Assembly: GCA_963720545.1 (NCBI GenBank)
Contig: OY970399.1
Coordinates: 3,776,001 to 3,840,000, forward strand
Origin: an uncultured Acidobacteriota bacterium
GTDB lineage: Bacteria > Acidobacteriota > Vicinamibacteria > Fen-336
Direction: 5' to 3'
DNA: 64,000 nt
A model generated the notes under the pieces. The model had not been told where the DNA came from, did not search any database, and saw only the letters and a program-made list of their open reading frames with translations. Positions 52,601-61,347 of this stretch are shown here, one piece after another; position 1 is the stretch's first letter; every line of letters starts with the position of its first letter. The position numbers were made by a program, and so were the translations under genes.

Positions 52601-53120
52601 GGTTGCCGTGCTGCCCATCGACTGGCCGGCGTTCCGGCAGCGCCTGGGCGACGCCGTGCCCGCGTTCTTTGCGGAACTGACCGCACAGCCGGCGCAGGCG
52701 GCGCAGGCTCCGGCGAGCGAGCGCAACCTGCGCCAGCGGCTGCAGGCCGCGGCGCCGGAGGAGGTGCTTGCGCTCATCACGGCCTTCGTCGCCGAGCAGG
52801 TCGCCCGGGTCTTCGGCATCGATCCGGGCCAGCCGCTCGATCGCCAGCAGCCGCTCGCGGATTTCGGTCTGGACTCGCTCATGTCGGTGGAACTGCGCAA
52901 CCGCCTGCAGGCGGGTTCCGGTAAAAGCCTGCCGACGACGCTCGCCTTCGACCATCCCACGATAGATGCGCTGGCCGCGTTTCTCGCGGCCTCGCTGCGC
53001 GAGGAAGCGCCGCCGGCCAGCGTCCCGCCCGCGGCCGCCATCGAGCAACAGGTCGAGAAGCTGTCGGACGACGAGGTCAGCGCGATGCTGAGCAAGCTGA
53101 TGGCCGCGCGCGAGGAATGA
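46668..53120 (+). CDS. Type I PKS module 6: KS-AT-DH-ER-KR-ACP
   Basis: KS: DTACSSA. AT: GHSVG, HAFH. DH: HLILDNVIYP. ER: LNFRD, HAAAGGVG. KR: LDD, GQGNYAAAN. ACP: GLDSL. RBS-like AAGGGAGA upstream. Confidence 0.94.
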   Translation: MSDETGSAARRALLQEALARLDELQGKLAASERSRREPIAIVGLGCRFPAGGNDPAAFWQVLRDGVDGVSEVPPERWSLDEFYDPDPDAPGKTYTRFSAFLDHMPDRFDAAFFGISPREASGMDPQHRLLLEVAWESLENAGIAPTDLAGTDASVFLGIASIDYAAMQGRIGGVEMLDTYHASGVAHAIAAGRISYTLGLQGPCLAVDTACSSAMVAIHLAVQNLRAGTTGLAIAGGINLVLGPEGAILTSRARMLSVDGHCKTFDAAADGYVRGEGCGLVVLKRLSDALAAGDDIRAVIRGSAINQDGRSAGLTAPHGPSQEAVIRAALDDAGVTPGEVSYVEAHGTGTSLGDPIEVKALGAVFGPSHSAAQPLIVGGSKSNIGHLEAAAGAAGLAKVLLMLQHGEVPPNLNFRNPNPLIPWAELPIRVPTQVLPWVRGAAPRIAGISAFGFSGTNAHMVVEEAPARAIVPAAAVRPAADAAHPQLLTLSARDQTALRELAGRFAAAVQSDPAPSLADVCFTANTGRAQFAHRLAVSAATPAELAQRLAAFAAGQQAPGVVHGHAPPKKPRIAFLFTGQGSQYAGMGRGLYASQPAFREALDRCAAVLDEELGRPLLPLLFDDGTALNQTAFTQPALFALEYSLAAMWRSWGIEPGALVGHSVGEYVAACVASVFSLEDGLRLIAARGRLMQALPPGGTMLAVMSDEATVAAAIAAHAASVSIAALNGPANTVIAGAAGPVQEIAQALATRGIETKPLVVSHAFHSPLMEPMLDEFEKVAARVAYSAPRMVVIANATGAPAAGGDLQTAGYWRRHVRGAVRFADSIVALREQGYRQFLEIGPKPTLAGMARQCWPADGPAASWLPSLRTGRNDSQQVMESLAAAYVQGASVDWAAVAGSEHGRRIALPTYPFQRTRYWFTLPPSRPRTEAGALHPLLTKRIRSAALADTVFETSLSAEWPAFLRDHLILDNVIYPATGYIEMALAAARQLGAGPHALESFSIHAPLILPERSQDAVAVQLVAAAAAGGATAFRILSAPGGDKDAPWTLHATGTLRCLDRAQAAPPAPAEWRAGTARAADEYYELLRERGATYGPAFRGIAQLARGDGEAWARIELPAEAGEPGAYLLHPAALDAAFQVIGAALPPAIEAALGDAVFMPVDMRRLVALAPLPRQFQVYGTVVAAPGGETLSAELALFDTSGAPLALVQSVSLKRASRKALLAALQHGEQDWFYEQAWRAQALAAEAPAPAGSCLLLLDERGLGEQVAELLEGSGVRCARVARGDDVAAALAAAQRGTEPLRVVSLRSLDADTPLAASVAALDVVQALTTAGAPQTRLFIVTRGAQPAAGGAASLAQAPVWGLGRVAAQEHPELHTVLFDLDPAAEPGDAASLAAELTAGSGESQVALRRGERLVARLVRSRSQRNAPLEPYRAEITSRGVLDNLVLRPLVRTALAPGEVEVEVQASALNFRDVLNVLGMYPGDPGAPGTECAGVVSAVGEGVSVLQPGDSVMGIAAHAFDSHALARAELLVRKPDGLTFAEAAGVPIAFLTALYGLQNLAGLKPGARVLIHAAAGGVGLAAVQIARKHGAEIFATAGSAEKHAYLKDLGVQHVMSSRTLDFADEVLALTGGAGVDIVLNALADDFIPKSLSALAADGCFLEIGKRGIWSAEQVRAVRPNARYFPYDLSEVLSNDVPLWRAMLESVLADLESGALQPLPVTAFPAAAIVDAFRFMAQAKHIGKVVVSHRAIGPLVRPDAGYLVTGGLSGLGLETAAWLVAEGARHVALVARSAPGAAAQEPLAQMRAAGANVHVFAADISSATEVARVFAEAAAAMPPLRGVVHSAGVLDDGTLRQQTAERFATVMATKVDGASHLDHETRGLPLDFFVMFSSVAAVFGAPGQGNYAAANAFMDALAHARRAAGRCALSINWGGWAEVGMAARLAARDHRQREQAGIDLITPERGMRAFAHALAGDAAQVAVLPIDWPAFRQRLGDAVPAFFAELTAQPAQAAQAPASERNLRQRLQAAAPEEVLALITAFVAEQVARVFGIDPGQPLDRQQPLADFGLDSLMSVELRNRLQAGSGKSLPTTLAFDHPTIDALAAFLAASLREEAPPASVPPAAAIEQQVEKLSDDEVSAMLSKLMAAREE

Positions 53121-56100
53121 GCGGAACGGGCACGGAAGGATTGACAGCGGCGCAGAAGCGCGCGCTGCTCGAGCGCCTGCTGAAGGACGAAGCGGGCGCC
53201 CAGCCGCTCTCCGCGGGGCAGAAGGCCCTGTGGTTCCTGCACCAGCTGGCGCCGCGCAGCAGCGCGTACAACGTTGCCTGGACCGCCTGGGTGCGTTCGC
53301 CGCTGGACGTCGCCGCGTTGTCGCGCGCGCTGCGCCGGCTCAGCGAGCGCCACGAGATGCTGCGGGCGCGCTTTACGACGCGCAACGGCGAGCCCATGCA
53401 GCGCTTCGCGCGGCCGGACGATCCGGTGATCGGGGAGCACGACGCCAGGGGACTGAACCGCGAACAGCTGGAAAAGCTCCTGGTGGCCGCCAACGACCAG
53501 CCGTTCGACCTCGTCAACGGACCCGTGTTTCGCGCCGACGTCTGGCACCTCGGCGCGGCGGAACACGTCGTCCAGTTGAGCGTGCATCACATCGCATTCG
53601 ACGGCTGGTCGGTCGCCATCGCCGTGCCCGACCTGATGGCGCTCTATGGCGCGGAAGTGTCCGGCGCGGCCGCGGTGCTGCCGCCGGCGCCGGCGAACTT
53701 TGCAAGCTACGCGGCGTGGCAGCGCGAGCTGGTGGACGGCCCTGCCGGGCAGCGGATGTGGGAATACTGGAAAGAGCGGCTCGGCGGGTCGCTGCCGGTC
53801 CTGGCCCTGCCGACCGACCATGCGCGGCCCCCGGAGCCGAGCTATGCGGGCGGCAAGGTTTCGTTCCTGCTCGGCGAGGAGGAGACGCAGCGCCTGCGAC
53901 AGCTGGCGCGCGACCAGGGCGCAACCTTGTTCATGACGGTGCTGGCGGTTTTCGGCGTGCTGCTGCACCGCTACACCGGCCAGGAAGAGGTGCTCATCGG
54001 CTCGCCGACAGCGGGCCGCAGCCGCACCGATTTCGAGGGCATCGTCGGCTATCTCGTGAACCCGGTGGTGCTGCGGTTGTCCACCGCCGGCGTACCGAGC
54101 TTCGCCGCATATCTCGCGCAGGTGCGCGAACGCGTCGTCGAGGCGCTGCGCAACGCCGACCTGCCGTTTCCCCTGCTGGTGCAGAAGCTGAACCCCGAAC
54201 GCGACCCGAGCCGTTCGCCGCTCTTCCAGGTGGACTTCAACATGCTGCGAGCCATCCAGCTGGGACCCGATGGCGGCGGAGCCGCGCAGGGTGGTTCGCT
54301 CGCGCAGCCGACCTTCGGGCGCCTGGTTCTCGAGAGCTTCAGCATCCCGCAGCAGCAGGGCCAGTTCGATCTTGGATTCGAGATCATGGACAACGGCCGT
54401 GAACTCGCCGCCAACCTGAAATACGCCTCCGATTTGTTCGAACCGGCCACGGTCGAACGCATCGCTGGTCACCTGAAACAGCTGGTCACTTCGGTGCTGG
54501 AAGCGCCCGACCGGCAAATCTCGCAGCTGCGGATGTTGACCGCGGCAGAAGAGCAGGCGATCCGCGGGTTCAATTCCACGGCGCGGGTTTATCCGGACGA
54601 GCGCCCGATTCACAGGGGTATCGAGGACCAGGCGCGTGCCGCGCCGGACGCGGTGGCCTTGCGGTTCGAGGGGCAGTCGCTGACCTATTCGCAGCTCGAC
54701 CGACAGGCAAACGGCCTGGCCCTCCGGCTGCGCGCCGCCGGTGTCGGCGCGGGCGTTCTCGTCGGCATCGTCGCCGAGCGATCGTTCGAGATGGTCGTCG
54801 GCCTGCTTGCGATCCTGAAGGCCGGCGGCGCCTATGTGCCGTTCGACCCGACGTATCCGCCCGATCGGCTTGGCTTCATGTTCGAGGACACGCAGGCGCA
54901 AGTGATCCTGGTGCAGCCGAGACTCGAGGGTGCGCTGCCGGCGCACGCCGCGCGAGTTCTCGAGCTCGCTGCCGAGGACGGCGCTGATGAGGCGCCGCCC
55001 GGCGACGAGTCGCTGGACAGCCTCGCCTATGTCATCTTCACCTCCGGCTCGACCGGCCGGCCCAAGGGGGCGATGAATGCGCACCGGGGGATCCTCAACC
55101 GGCTCTCGTGGATGCAGGAGGAGTATCGCCTGCAGCCCGCGGACCGTGTGCTGCAGAAGACTCCCTACAGCTTCGACGTCTCGGTGTGGGAATTTTTCTG
55201 GCCGCTGCGCGAAGGCGCGACGCTCGTCATCGCGCGTCCAGACGGCCACAAGGATCCGGCCTATCTCGCCCAGCTGATCCGCGACGAAGGGGTGACGACG
55301 CTGCACTTCGTGCCCTCGATGCTGCAGGCGTTCGTCGAGGAGGAAACCGCCCGGTCGTGCAGCTCGGTGAAGCGCGTGATCTGCAGCGGCGAGGCGCTGC
55401 CTCACGACCTGCAGGAGCGATTCTTCGACGTCTTGCCCGCGTGCGAACTGCACAATCTCTACGGTCCAACGGAAGCGGCGGTGGACGTGACCTATTGGGC
55501 GTGCCAGCGTAACGATGGCCGCAGCAGCGTCCCGATCGGCCGTCCCGTCGCCAACACCCAGATCCATCTTCTCGACGCGCACGGCCAGCAGGTGCCGGTG
55601 GGGGTGCCGGGAGAACTGTGGATTGGCGGCGTTCAAGTGGGCCTTGGATACTGCAACCGCAACGAACTGACGGAGGAGCGCTTCGTTCCCGACCCGTTCC
55701 GCGATCAGCCAGACGCTCGTATGTACCGCACCGGCGACCTTGCGCGCTATCGGTCGGGCGGCGAAATCGAGTACCTCGGTCGCACCGACCACCAGGTCAA
55801 GATTCGCGGCTTCCGCATCGAGCTTGGTGAGATCGAGGAGCGCCTTCTCGCCCACACCCATGTCGAACAGGCGGTGGTGGTCGCGCGTGACTTTGGTAAC
55901 GCTGACCGCCGGCTGGTCGCATTCGTCACCGGGGGGGCGAACCAGGCCGTCGACGTGACCGCTCTCAAGAGTCACCTGCTCGAGACGCTGCCAACGTACA
56001 TGGTGCCCACAGCGTTCGTGGTCCTCGACTCACTACCGCTCACCGCAAGCGGCAAGGCCGACCGCAAGGCGCTGATGGCCATGGACGTCGCGGGTCCGGC

Positions 56101-59100
56101 GGCTGACGTCCCCGAGGTGCCGCTCACTACCAGGACGGAGGAGATCGTCGCGGGCATCTGGTCGGAAGTCCTGGGCACGCCGGTCACGTCCGCGGCCGCC
56201 GATTTCTTCGCCCTTGGCGGCCACTCGCTGAGCGTTGCGCAGGTCGCGGCGCGTTTGCGCAAGGCCTTGGGCACGACCATTCCCTTCCGCGAAGTGTTCG
56301 CGGCGCGTGACCTGGCAGCGCTCGCGGCGCGCATTGACGCGACGCGCACCGAAAGCAAGGAGCGCGACTCGAGCGCCGGCCCGGCGTCCGATGCCGACAC
56401 GGGCGAGACCCCGCTGTCTTCCGTGCAGCAGCGGCTCTGGTTCCTCAACGAACTCGGCGGCGACACGGCCGAATACGCGATGGTGGGCGCCATCGAGCTT
56501 GCGGGAAGCCTGGACCGGACGGCGCTCGAAGGCGCGCTCGCGCAACTCGTCGTACGCCACGAGTCGCTGCGCACGATCTTCCGCGCACCTGGCGGCGATC
56601 CGGTACAGGTGATTCAGCCTGCCGGCCATTTCGTCCTCGAAATGGAGGACGTGCCGTCGGAGGAGGCCTTGCGTTCGCGGATGAAGAGCGCCGCGACGCG
56701 GATATTCGACCTCCAAAGCGGGCCGCTGTTTCGCTGCGTGCTCTACCGGACGGCGCCAGACCGGCACTACCTGCTGCTGATTCTGCATCACATCATCGCC
56801 GACGGCTGGTCGATCGGCGTCCTGCTGCGCGAATTGGCCACGCTCTACACCGACACGGTCCTCGGCAAGCCGTCGTCGCTGCCGGCCCCGCTGCTCCAGT
56901 ACCGCGACTATGCGCGGTGGCAGCGTGAGCAGGCCGGCGACGGTGACTACGGCGGCGCCCTGGCGCGCTGGGTGGCACGCCTGGACGGCGCGCCGCGCGA
57001 ACTGGAATTGCCGTCGGACCGGCCGCGGCCGCCTGCGGAAAGCCATCGCGGTGCAACGCTGCCGTTCCGCCTGCCGATGGAGCTTGCCGAGGGCCTGCGC
57101 ACCCTGAGCCGCCGGCAGGGCGCGACCCTGTTCATGACCTTGCTGGCGCTCTTCGACACGTTGTTGTGGAAATACACGGGCCAGCAGGATCTCGTCGTCG
57201 GCACGCCGGTCGCGAACCGCCCGCGGGTCGAGCTCGAATCGCTCGTCGGTGTGTTCGTCAACACGCTCCTGCTGCGGACTCGGCTCGAACCGTCGCTGAC
57301 CTTCGCGGAGGCGCTCGGGCGGGTTCGCGACACCACCCTCGACGCGCTGGGCGACGAGCAGGTGCCGTTCGAACGGCTGGTCCAGGCACTGCGCCCGGAG
57401 CGGGACCTGGGGCGCAATCCGCTGTTCCAGGTGATGTTCGTACTGCAGAACATGCCGCAGCGCCCCGTCGACCTCCCGGGCCTGCAGCTGCGCGCGCTCG
57501 ATGTCGATCGCGGCGCCGCGCAGCTCGACCTGACGCTCTACATGGTGGAGACCGCCGAGGGCTTGTCCGGTTTCGTGGAATACGCGACCGACCTCTTCGA
57601 CGCCGACCGCATCGCGCGGATGACCGGGCATTTCGAGCAGCTCGCCCGCGCGGTGGTCGCATGGCCGGCCGCACGCCTTGGCGAACTGGACATGCTGACC
57701 GAAACCGAACACGGGAACGTAGCGTCGTGGAATCGGACGGCGCGCCCGGAGCCGACGGCTTGCGTGCACGATCTCGTTGCCGCGACCGCGGCGCGACAGC
57801 CAGATGCGACCGGGCTCGTTTTCGGCGATGCGTCGCTCACGTACTCCGAGCTCGAGACGCGTGCGGCGGCAATCGCCGGCCGCCTCGCAGCGCTCGGGGT
57901 GCGGCCCGGAAGACTGGTCGGCGTCCTGCTGGAACGCGGCCCGGACATGGTCGCGGGGGTCCTCGGTGTGTTGAAAGCGGGCGCCGGCTACGTACCCATG
58001 GATCCCGCGTTCCCATCGGATCGCCTCGCCTACATGCTGGAGGATTCCGGGGCGAGCGTACTGCTGACGCAGGAGTCGCTAGCCGGCAGCATCGCAACGG
58101 ACGCGAGGGTTCTCGTGCTCGAGCGGTTCGCGGACGGCGACCCGGTGGCTGTGCCTGTGGCGGCGACACTCGACGATCTCGCCTACGTCATCTATACGTC
58201 GGGCTCGACGGGCAAGCCGAAGGGCGTCGCCATCGGCCACCGTTCGCTGGTGAATCTCCTGGCGTCGATGCAGGAAGAGCCCGGCTTCACTGCAGCCGAC
58301 AGCCTGTTCGCGGTGACGACGCTTTCCTTCGACATCGCCGGGCTGGAGCTGTACCTGCCGCTGATCGCGGGCGGACGCATCGTGCTTGCGAGCCGCGACG
58401 ACGTTGCCGACGGCAACGCCCTCGTCGAACGCCTGGAAGCGTCGCGAGCCACGGTCATGCAGGCGACGCCCGCCACCTGGCGGCTGATGCTGGAAGCCGA
58501 CTGGAAGGGAAGTCCAGGGCTGAAAGTCCTGTGCGGCGGTGAAGCGTTGCCGCGCGACCTCGCGGATGCGCTGGCGCCGCGCGTCAAGGAACTGTGGAAC
58601 GTCTACGGCCCGACCGAGACCACCATCTGGTCGTCGTGCGAGCGCGTGAGGGTTGCACCGGGACCCATCGCCATCGGCCGGCCCATCGCCAACACCAGCC
58701 TGCTGATCCTCGATCGCTCAGGCGGACTCGCACCCGTCGGCGTCCCTGGAGAACTGCACATCGCCGGCATGGGCCTCGCGCACGGCTATTGGCGGCGCGA
58801 TGACCTCACCGCCGAGCGCTTCATTCCCGACCAGGTGAGCGGACAGCCGGGAAAGCTCTACAAGACGGGCGACCAGGCGCGCTGGCTGCCGGACGGCCGC
58901 GTCGAGTGCCTGGGCCGTCTCGATCATCAGGTGAAGGTGCGCGGCTACCGCATCGAGCTGGAAGAGATCGAGATCGCGCTGCGCGCTCATCCGGATGTCG
59001 ACCAGTCGGTCGTGGTTGCGCAGAAAGGCGACGGCGGCGACGACCGCCTGATCGCCTACCTCACCGAGGTTTCCGGACGGCCGGCGAACGTCACCGAGTT

Positions 59101-59575
59101 GCGTGCGCACTTGCGGAAGACGCTGCCGGCCTACATGGTGCCGTCGGCATTCGTCACGCTCGACCGCCTGCCGCTGACTGCCAACGGCAAGATCGACCGC
59201 AAGGCACTGATTGGAATCGAGTCCGCCCGTGCGGTTCGCGGCGAGCCGCTGCCGCCGCGGACGCCGGCCGAGCTGTTGGTGGCGCAGGTGTGGCGAGACG
59301 CCCTCAAGGTGCCGTTGGTCGGGCTGCAGGACAATTTCTTCGACCTCGGCGGCCATTCGCTGCTGGCGATGCGGGTGCTTGCCGAGATCGAAAAACTCAC
59401 CGGCACCAGGCTGCACCCGCGCGACATCATCTTCCAGAACCTTGAACAGCTGGCAAAAGCCTGCGCTGCCCGGGTGAGCGAGCCGCCGCTGGGCGAGCCT
59501 GCGGCGGACACCGACGGCAAGCTGCGCGGCTTGCTGCGCCGCTTGCGGCCCGGTGCCGCGGGCGGCAAGCGATGA
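53117..59575 (+). CDS. Bimodular NRPS: C-A(Ser)-PCP-C-A(Gly)-PCP, no terminal TE or R domain
   Basis: C domains HHIAFDG and HHIIADG. A domains with TSGSTG.PKG and YGPTE; manually extracted specificity codes DVWHISLVDK (Ser-type) and DILQLGVIWK (Gly-type). Two GGHSL PCPs. The protein ends about 75 aa after the last PCP serine. Confidence 0.92.
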   Translation: MSGTGTEGLTAAQKRALLERLLKDEAGAQPLSAGQKALWFLHQLAPRSSAYNVAWTAWVRSPLDVAALSRALRRLSERHEMLRARFTTRNGEPMQRFARPDDPVIGEHDARGLNREQLEKLLVAANDQPFDLVNGPVFRADVWHLGAAEHVVQLSVHHIAFDGWSVAIAVPDLMALYGAEVSGAAAVLPPAPANFASYAAWQRELVDGPAGQRMWEYWKERLGGSLPVLALPTDHARPPEPSYAGGKVSFLLGEEETQRLRQLARDQGATLFMTVLAVFGVLLHRYTGQEEVLIGSPTAGRSRTDFEGIVGYLVNPVVLRLSTAGVPSFAAYLAQVRERVVEALRNADLPFPLLVQKLNPERDPSRSPLFQVDFNMLRAIQLGPDGGGAAQGGSLAQPTFGRLVLESFSIPQQQGQFDLGFEIMDNGRELAANLKYASDLFEPATVERIAGHLKQLVTSVLEAPDRQISQLRMLTAAEEQAIRGFNSTARVYPDERPIHRGIEDQARAAPDAVALRFEGQSLTYSQLDRQANGLALRLRAAGVGAGVLVGIVAERSFEMVVGLLAILKAGGAYVPFDPTYPPDRLGFMFEDTQAQVILVQPRLEGALPAHAARVLELAAEDGADEAPPGDESLDSLAYVIFTSGSTGRPKGAMNAHRGILNRLSWMQEEYRLQPADRVLQKTPYSFDVSVWEFFWPLREGATLVIARPDGHKDPAYLAQLIRDEGVTTLHFVPSMLQAFVEEETARSCSSVKRVICSGEALPHDLQERFFDVLPACELHNLYGPTEAAVDVTYWACQRNDGRSSVPIGRPVANTQIHLLDAHGQQVPVGVPGELWIGGVQVGLGYCNRNELTEERFVPDPFRDQPDARMYRTGDLARYRSGGEIEYLGRTDHQVKIRGFRIELGEIEERLLAHTHVEQAVVVARDFGNADRRLVAFVTGGANQAVDVTALKSHLLETLPTYMVPTAFVVLDSLPLTASGKADRKALMAMDVAGPAADVPEVPLTTRTEEIVAGIWSEVLGTPVTSAAADFFALGGHSLSVAQVAARLRKALGTTIPFREVFAARDLAALAARIDATRTESKERDSSAGPASDADTGETPLSSVQQRLWFLNELGGDTAEYAMVGAIELAGSLDRTALEGALAQLVVRHESLRTIFRAPGGDPVQVIQPAGHFVLEMEDVPSEEALRSRMKSAATRIFDLQSGPLFRCVLYRTAPDRHYLLLILHHIIADGWSIGVLLRELATLYTDTVLGKPSSLPAPLLQYRDYARWQREQAGDGDYGGALARWVARLDGAPRELELPSDRPRPPAESHRGATLPFRLPMELAEGLRTLSRRQGATLFMTLLALFDTLLWKYTGQQDLVVGTPVANRPRVELESLVGVFVNTLLLRTRLEPSLTFAEALGRVRDTTLDALGDEQVPFERLVQALRPERDLGRNPLFQVMFVLQNMPQRPVDLPGLQLRALDVDRGAAQLDLTLYMVETAEGLSGFVEYATDLFDADRIARMTGHFEQLARAVVAWPAARLGELDMLTETEHGNVASWNRTARPEPTACVHDLVAATAARQPDATGLVFGDASLTYSELETRAAAIAGRLAALGVRPGRLVGVLLERGPDMVAGVLGVLKAGAGYVPMDPAFPSDRLAYMLEDSGASVLLTQESLAGSIATDARVLVLERFADGDPVAVPVAATLDDLAYVIYTSGSTGKPKGVAIGHRSLVNLLASMQEEPGFTAADSLFAVTTLSFDIAGLELYLPLIAGGRIVLASRDDVADGNALVERLEASRATVMQATPATWRLMLEADWKGSPGLKVLCGGEALPRDLADALAPRVKELWNVYGPTETTIWSSCERVRVAPGPIAIGRPIANTSLLILDRSGGLAPVGVPGELHIAGMGLAHGYWRRDDLTAERFIPDQVSGQPGKLYKTGDQARWLPDGRVECLGRLDHQVKVRGYRIELEEIEIALRAHPDVDQSVVVAQKGDGGDDRLIAYLTEVSGRPANVTELRAHLRKTLPAYMVPSAFVTLDRLPLTANGKIDRKALIGIESARAVRGEPLPPRTPAELLVAQVWRDALKVPLVGLQDNFFDLGGHSLLAMRVLAEIEKLTGTRLHPRDIIFQNLEQLAKACAARVSEPPLGEPAADTDGKLRGLLRRLRPGAAGGKR

Positions 59576-60429
59576 ACGCACGGCATGCCGCGTTCGCGGC
59601 GCTAGGCGCCGGCCTTTGTTTTGGCGCGGTGGAATGGGCCGCCGAGCATTTTCAACGGGACTACAGCGCCTGGCAGGTGATATGGACTCGCTACGGAGTG
59701 CACCTCGCCCTCATCGGTGCCGCGGCAGCCGCGCGCGGCGTGAATCCGCTGCGCACCGGCCGGCCGGGCCTGCAGGTGTTGCGCAGCATGCTGATGGTCG
59801 CGATGCCGGGCTGCTTCCTGATCGGCGCGCATTACGCACCCGCGCCCGGGGTGTGGTCGCTCTTCTGGATCACCCTGCTGTTGTCGGCCTGGCCCGAATC
59901 GCAATGGCGCGGCGCCGATGTATGGCGGCGAGGGGCGCTGCACCTGGGAGCGCTTGCCGGCATGTGGCTGGTGGTACAGCCGCTGCACGCGCTCCGCTGG
60001 CCGACACTGGCGCCGGGCCTGGCGATGGGCGCGTCCTTTGCCGGTTACCTGGCGCTCACGCACGTGCTGCGCGCTGAGACTGCCTTCTCCCGGCTCTTCT
60101 ATACGGCGCTTGGCGTGTTCGTGGTGCTGACGCCGTTCGTGGCGCCCCGCTACCTGCTGCCGTCCGGCCACGACTGGCTGGTGTTCCTCTTCATTGCCGT
60201 GTTCGGGCTGGCGTGCCTGTACTTGCTCGATCTTGCCCTCGACGCGGTGCCTGCTGCCCTAGTGAGTCCCTACCTGCTCATCACGCCGGCCGCGGCCGCG
60301 GTCCTGGAGATCCGCGACGGCGGCAGGCCCGGCGCCGCCTCGCTATTCGGGGTGGTGCTGCTGGCAGTCTGCCTCTGGCGGGCGGTGCCGCGCGCCGCGC
60401 CTGCCGTGGCGCAGCGCAGGGAAGCCTGA
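59572..60429 (+). CDS. EamA/DMT family membrane transporter
   Basis: Multiple TM helices; QVIWTRYGVH, LRTGRPGLQVLRS and ALVSPYL motifs typical of DMT permeases; ATGA overlap with the NRPS stop. Confidence 0.75.
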   Translation: MNARHAAFAALGAGLCFGAVEWAAEHFQRDYSAWQVIWTRYGVHLALIGAAAAARGVNPLRTGRPGLQVLRSMLMVAMPGCFLIGAHYAPAPGVWSLFWITLLLSAWPESQWRGADVWRRGALHLGALAGMWLVVQPLHALRWPTLAPGLAMGASFAGYLALTHVLRAETAFSRLFYTALGVFVVLTPFVAPRYLLPSGHDWLVFLFIAVFGLACLYLLDLALDAVPAALVSPYLLITPAAAAVLEIRDGGRPGAASLFGVVLLAVCLWRAVPRAAPAVAQRREA

Positions 60430-60441
60430 GCCGGGGCTCGC

Positions 60442-61347
60442 CTAGCCTCGCGTCGCGTGCGGTATCGACCGCGACTTGATGTCGATCACGGCGGCGCTCC
60501 TGGGCACTGTCGCGCGCGTCGATGCCAGGACCGAGTCGACTACCCAGTCGCGCACCAGCGACACGAAGCGGCGCTGGTTGTTGAGCAGCGTGAAAGTGTG
60601 GTCGGTGTCGTGCAGGTGCACGGCCTGGATGTGCTTGCCGTTGGGCCAGAACGGCACCTTGCCACGCAAGCCGTGGTTGAAGTGGTGCCAGGATGAGCTA
60701 CCGCCGCTGAAGCCGAGCAGCACCGGGCTGCGCCGTTCGACCAGCGTGCGCAGCGCGGCCACGAACGCGCGGTAACTCGGAAAGATGGACGTCTCGGCCG
60801 ATTGCTGGGTCATGGCAGTGGCCTTCACGGCCGTCAGGACGAGGCTGCGACCGGAAAGCAGCCGCACCCAGCTGCGCAGCTTGAAAACCTGGCGGCGCGC
60901 GTTGAGCAGCATGGACCAGGGCGTCGGTATGTTGTAGCCGTCGACCGTGGCGACGCCGACGATGCGCGCGTCGCGGCTGGCGGTGCGAATGGCCATGTCC
61001 GCGCCGGAGCAGATGCCGAAGGTCACGAAGCGATCGATGCCGCGCGAGGACAGGTGGTCGAGGGCTTCGCCGGCGTCCGCCAGCGCCTGCTCGACGAACG
61101 ACAGCATCGCACCTTCGGCGCGCGGGCTGTCGCCGATGCCGGAAAAGTCGAAGCGCAGCACGGTGACGCCGAGCGCCGCCAGCTCGCGAGCCAGCGCGAC
61201 GTGGATGCGTGCCGGCCCGGTGCGGTGCAGGACGCCAGCGTTGAACAGGACGACGCCCAGGTTCTCGCGGTGCGCGCCGGCCGGCGGCTCGGTGAGGATG
61301 CCCACCAGCGACTTGCGCGGTCCGAAAACGAAGGCGCTCTCGTTCAT
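60442..61347 (-). CDS. Alpha/beta-hydrolase-fold protein with a Cys at the nucleophile elbow (GICSG)
   Basis: LRFDFSGIGDS, FGICSGA, and C-terminal DHTF catalytic-His motif. Confidence 0.85.
   Translation of the reverse strand: MNESAFVFGPRKSLVGILTEPPAGAHRENLGVVLFNAGVLHRTGPARIHVALARELAALGVTVLRFDFSGIGDSPRAEGAMLSFVEQALADAGEALDHLSSRGIDRFVTFGICSGADMAIRTASRDARIVGVATVDGYNIPTPWSMLLNARRQVFKLRSWVRLLSGRSLVLTAVKATAMTQQSAETSIFPSYRAFVAALRTLVERRSPVLLGFSGGSSSWHHFNHGLRGKVPFWPNGKHIQAVHLHDTDHTFTLLNNQRRFVSLVRDWVVDSVLASTRATVPRSAAVIDIKSRSIPHATRG

Noticed and set aside
60428..60441. Bidirectional terminator between the convergent genes
   Set aside because: It has only a 4-bp stem and no U-tract.
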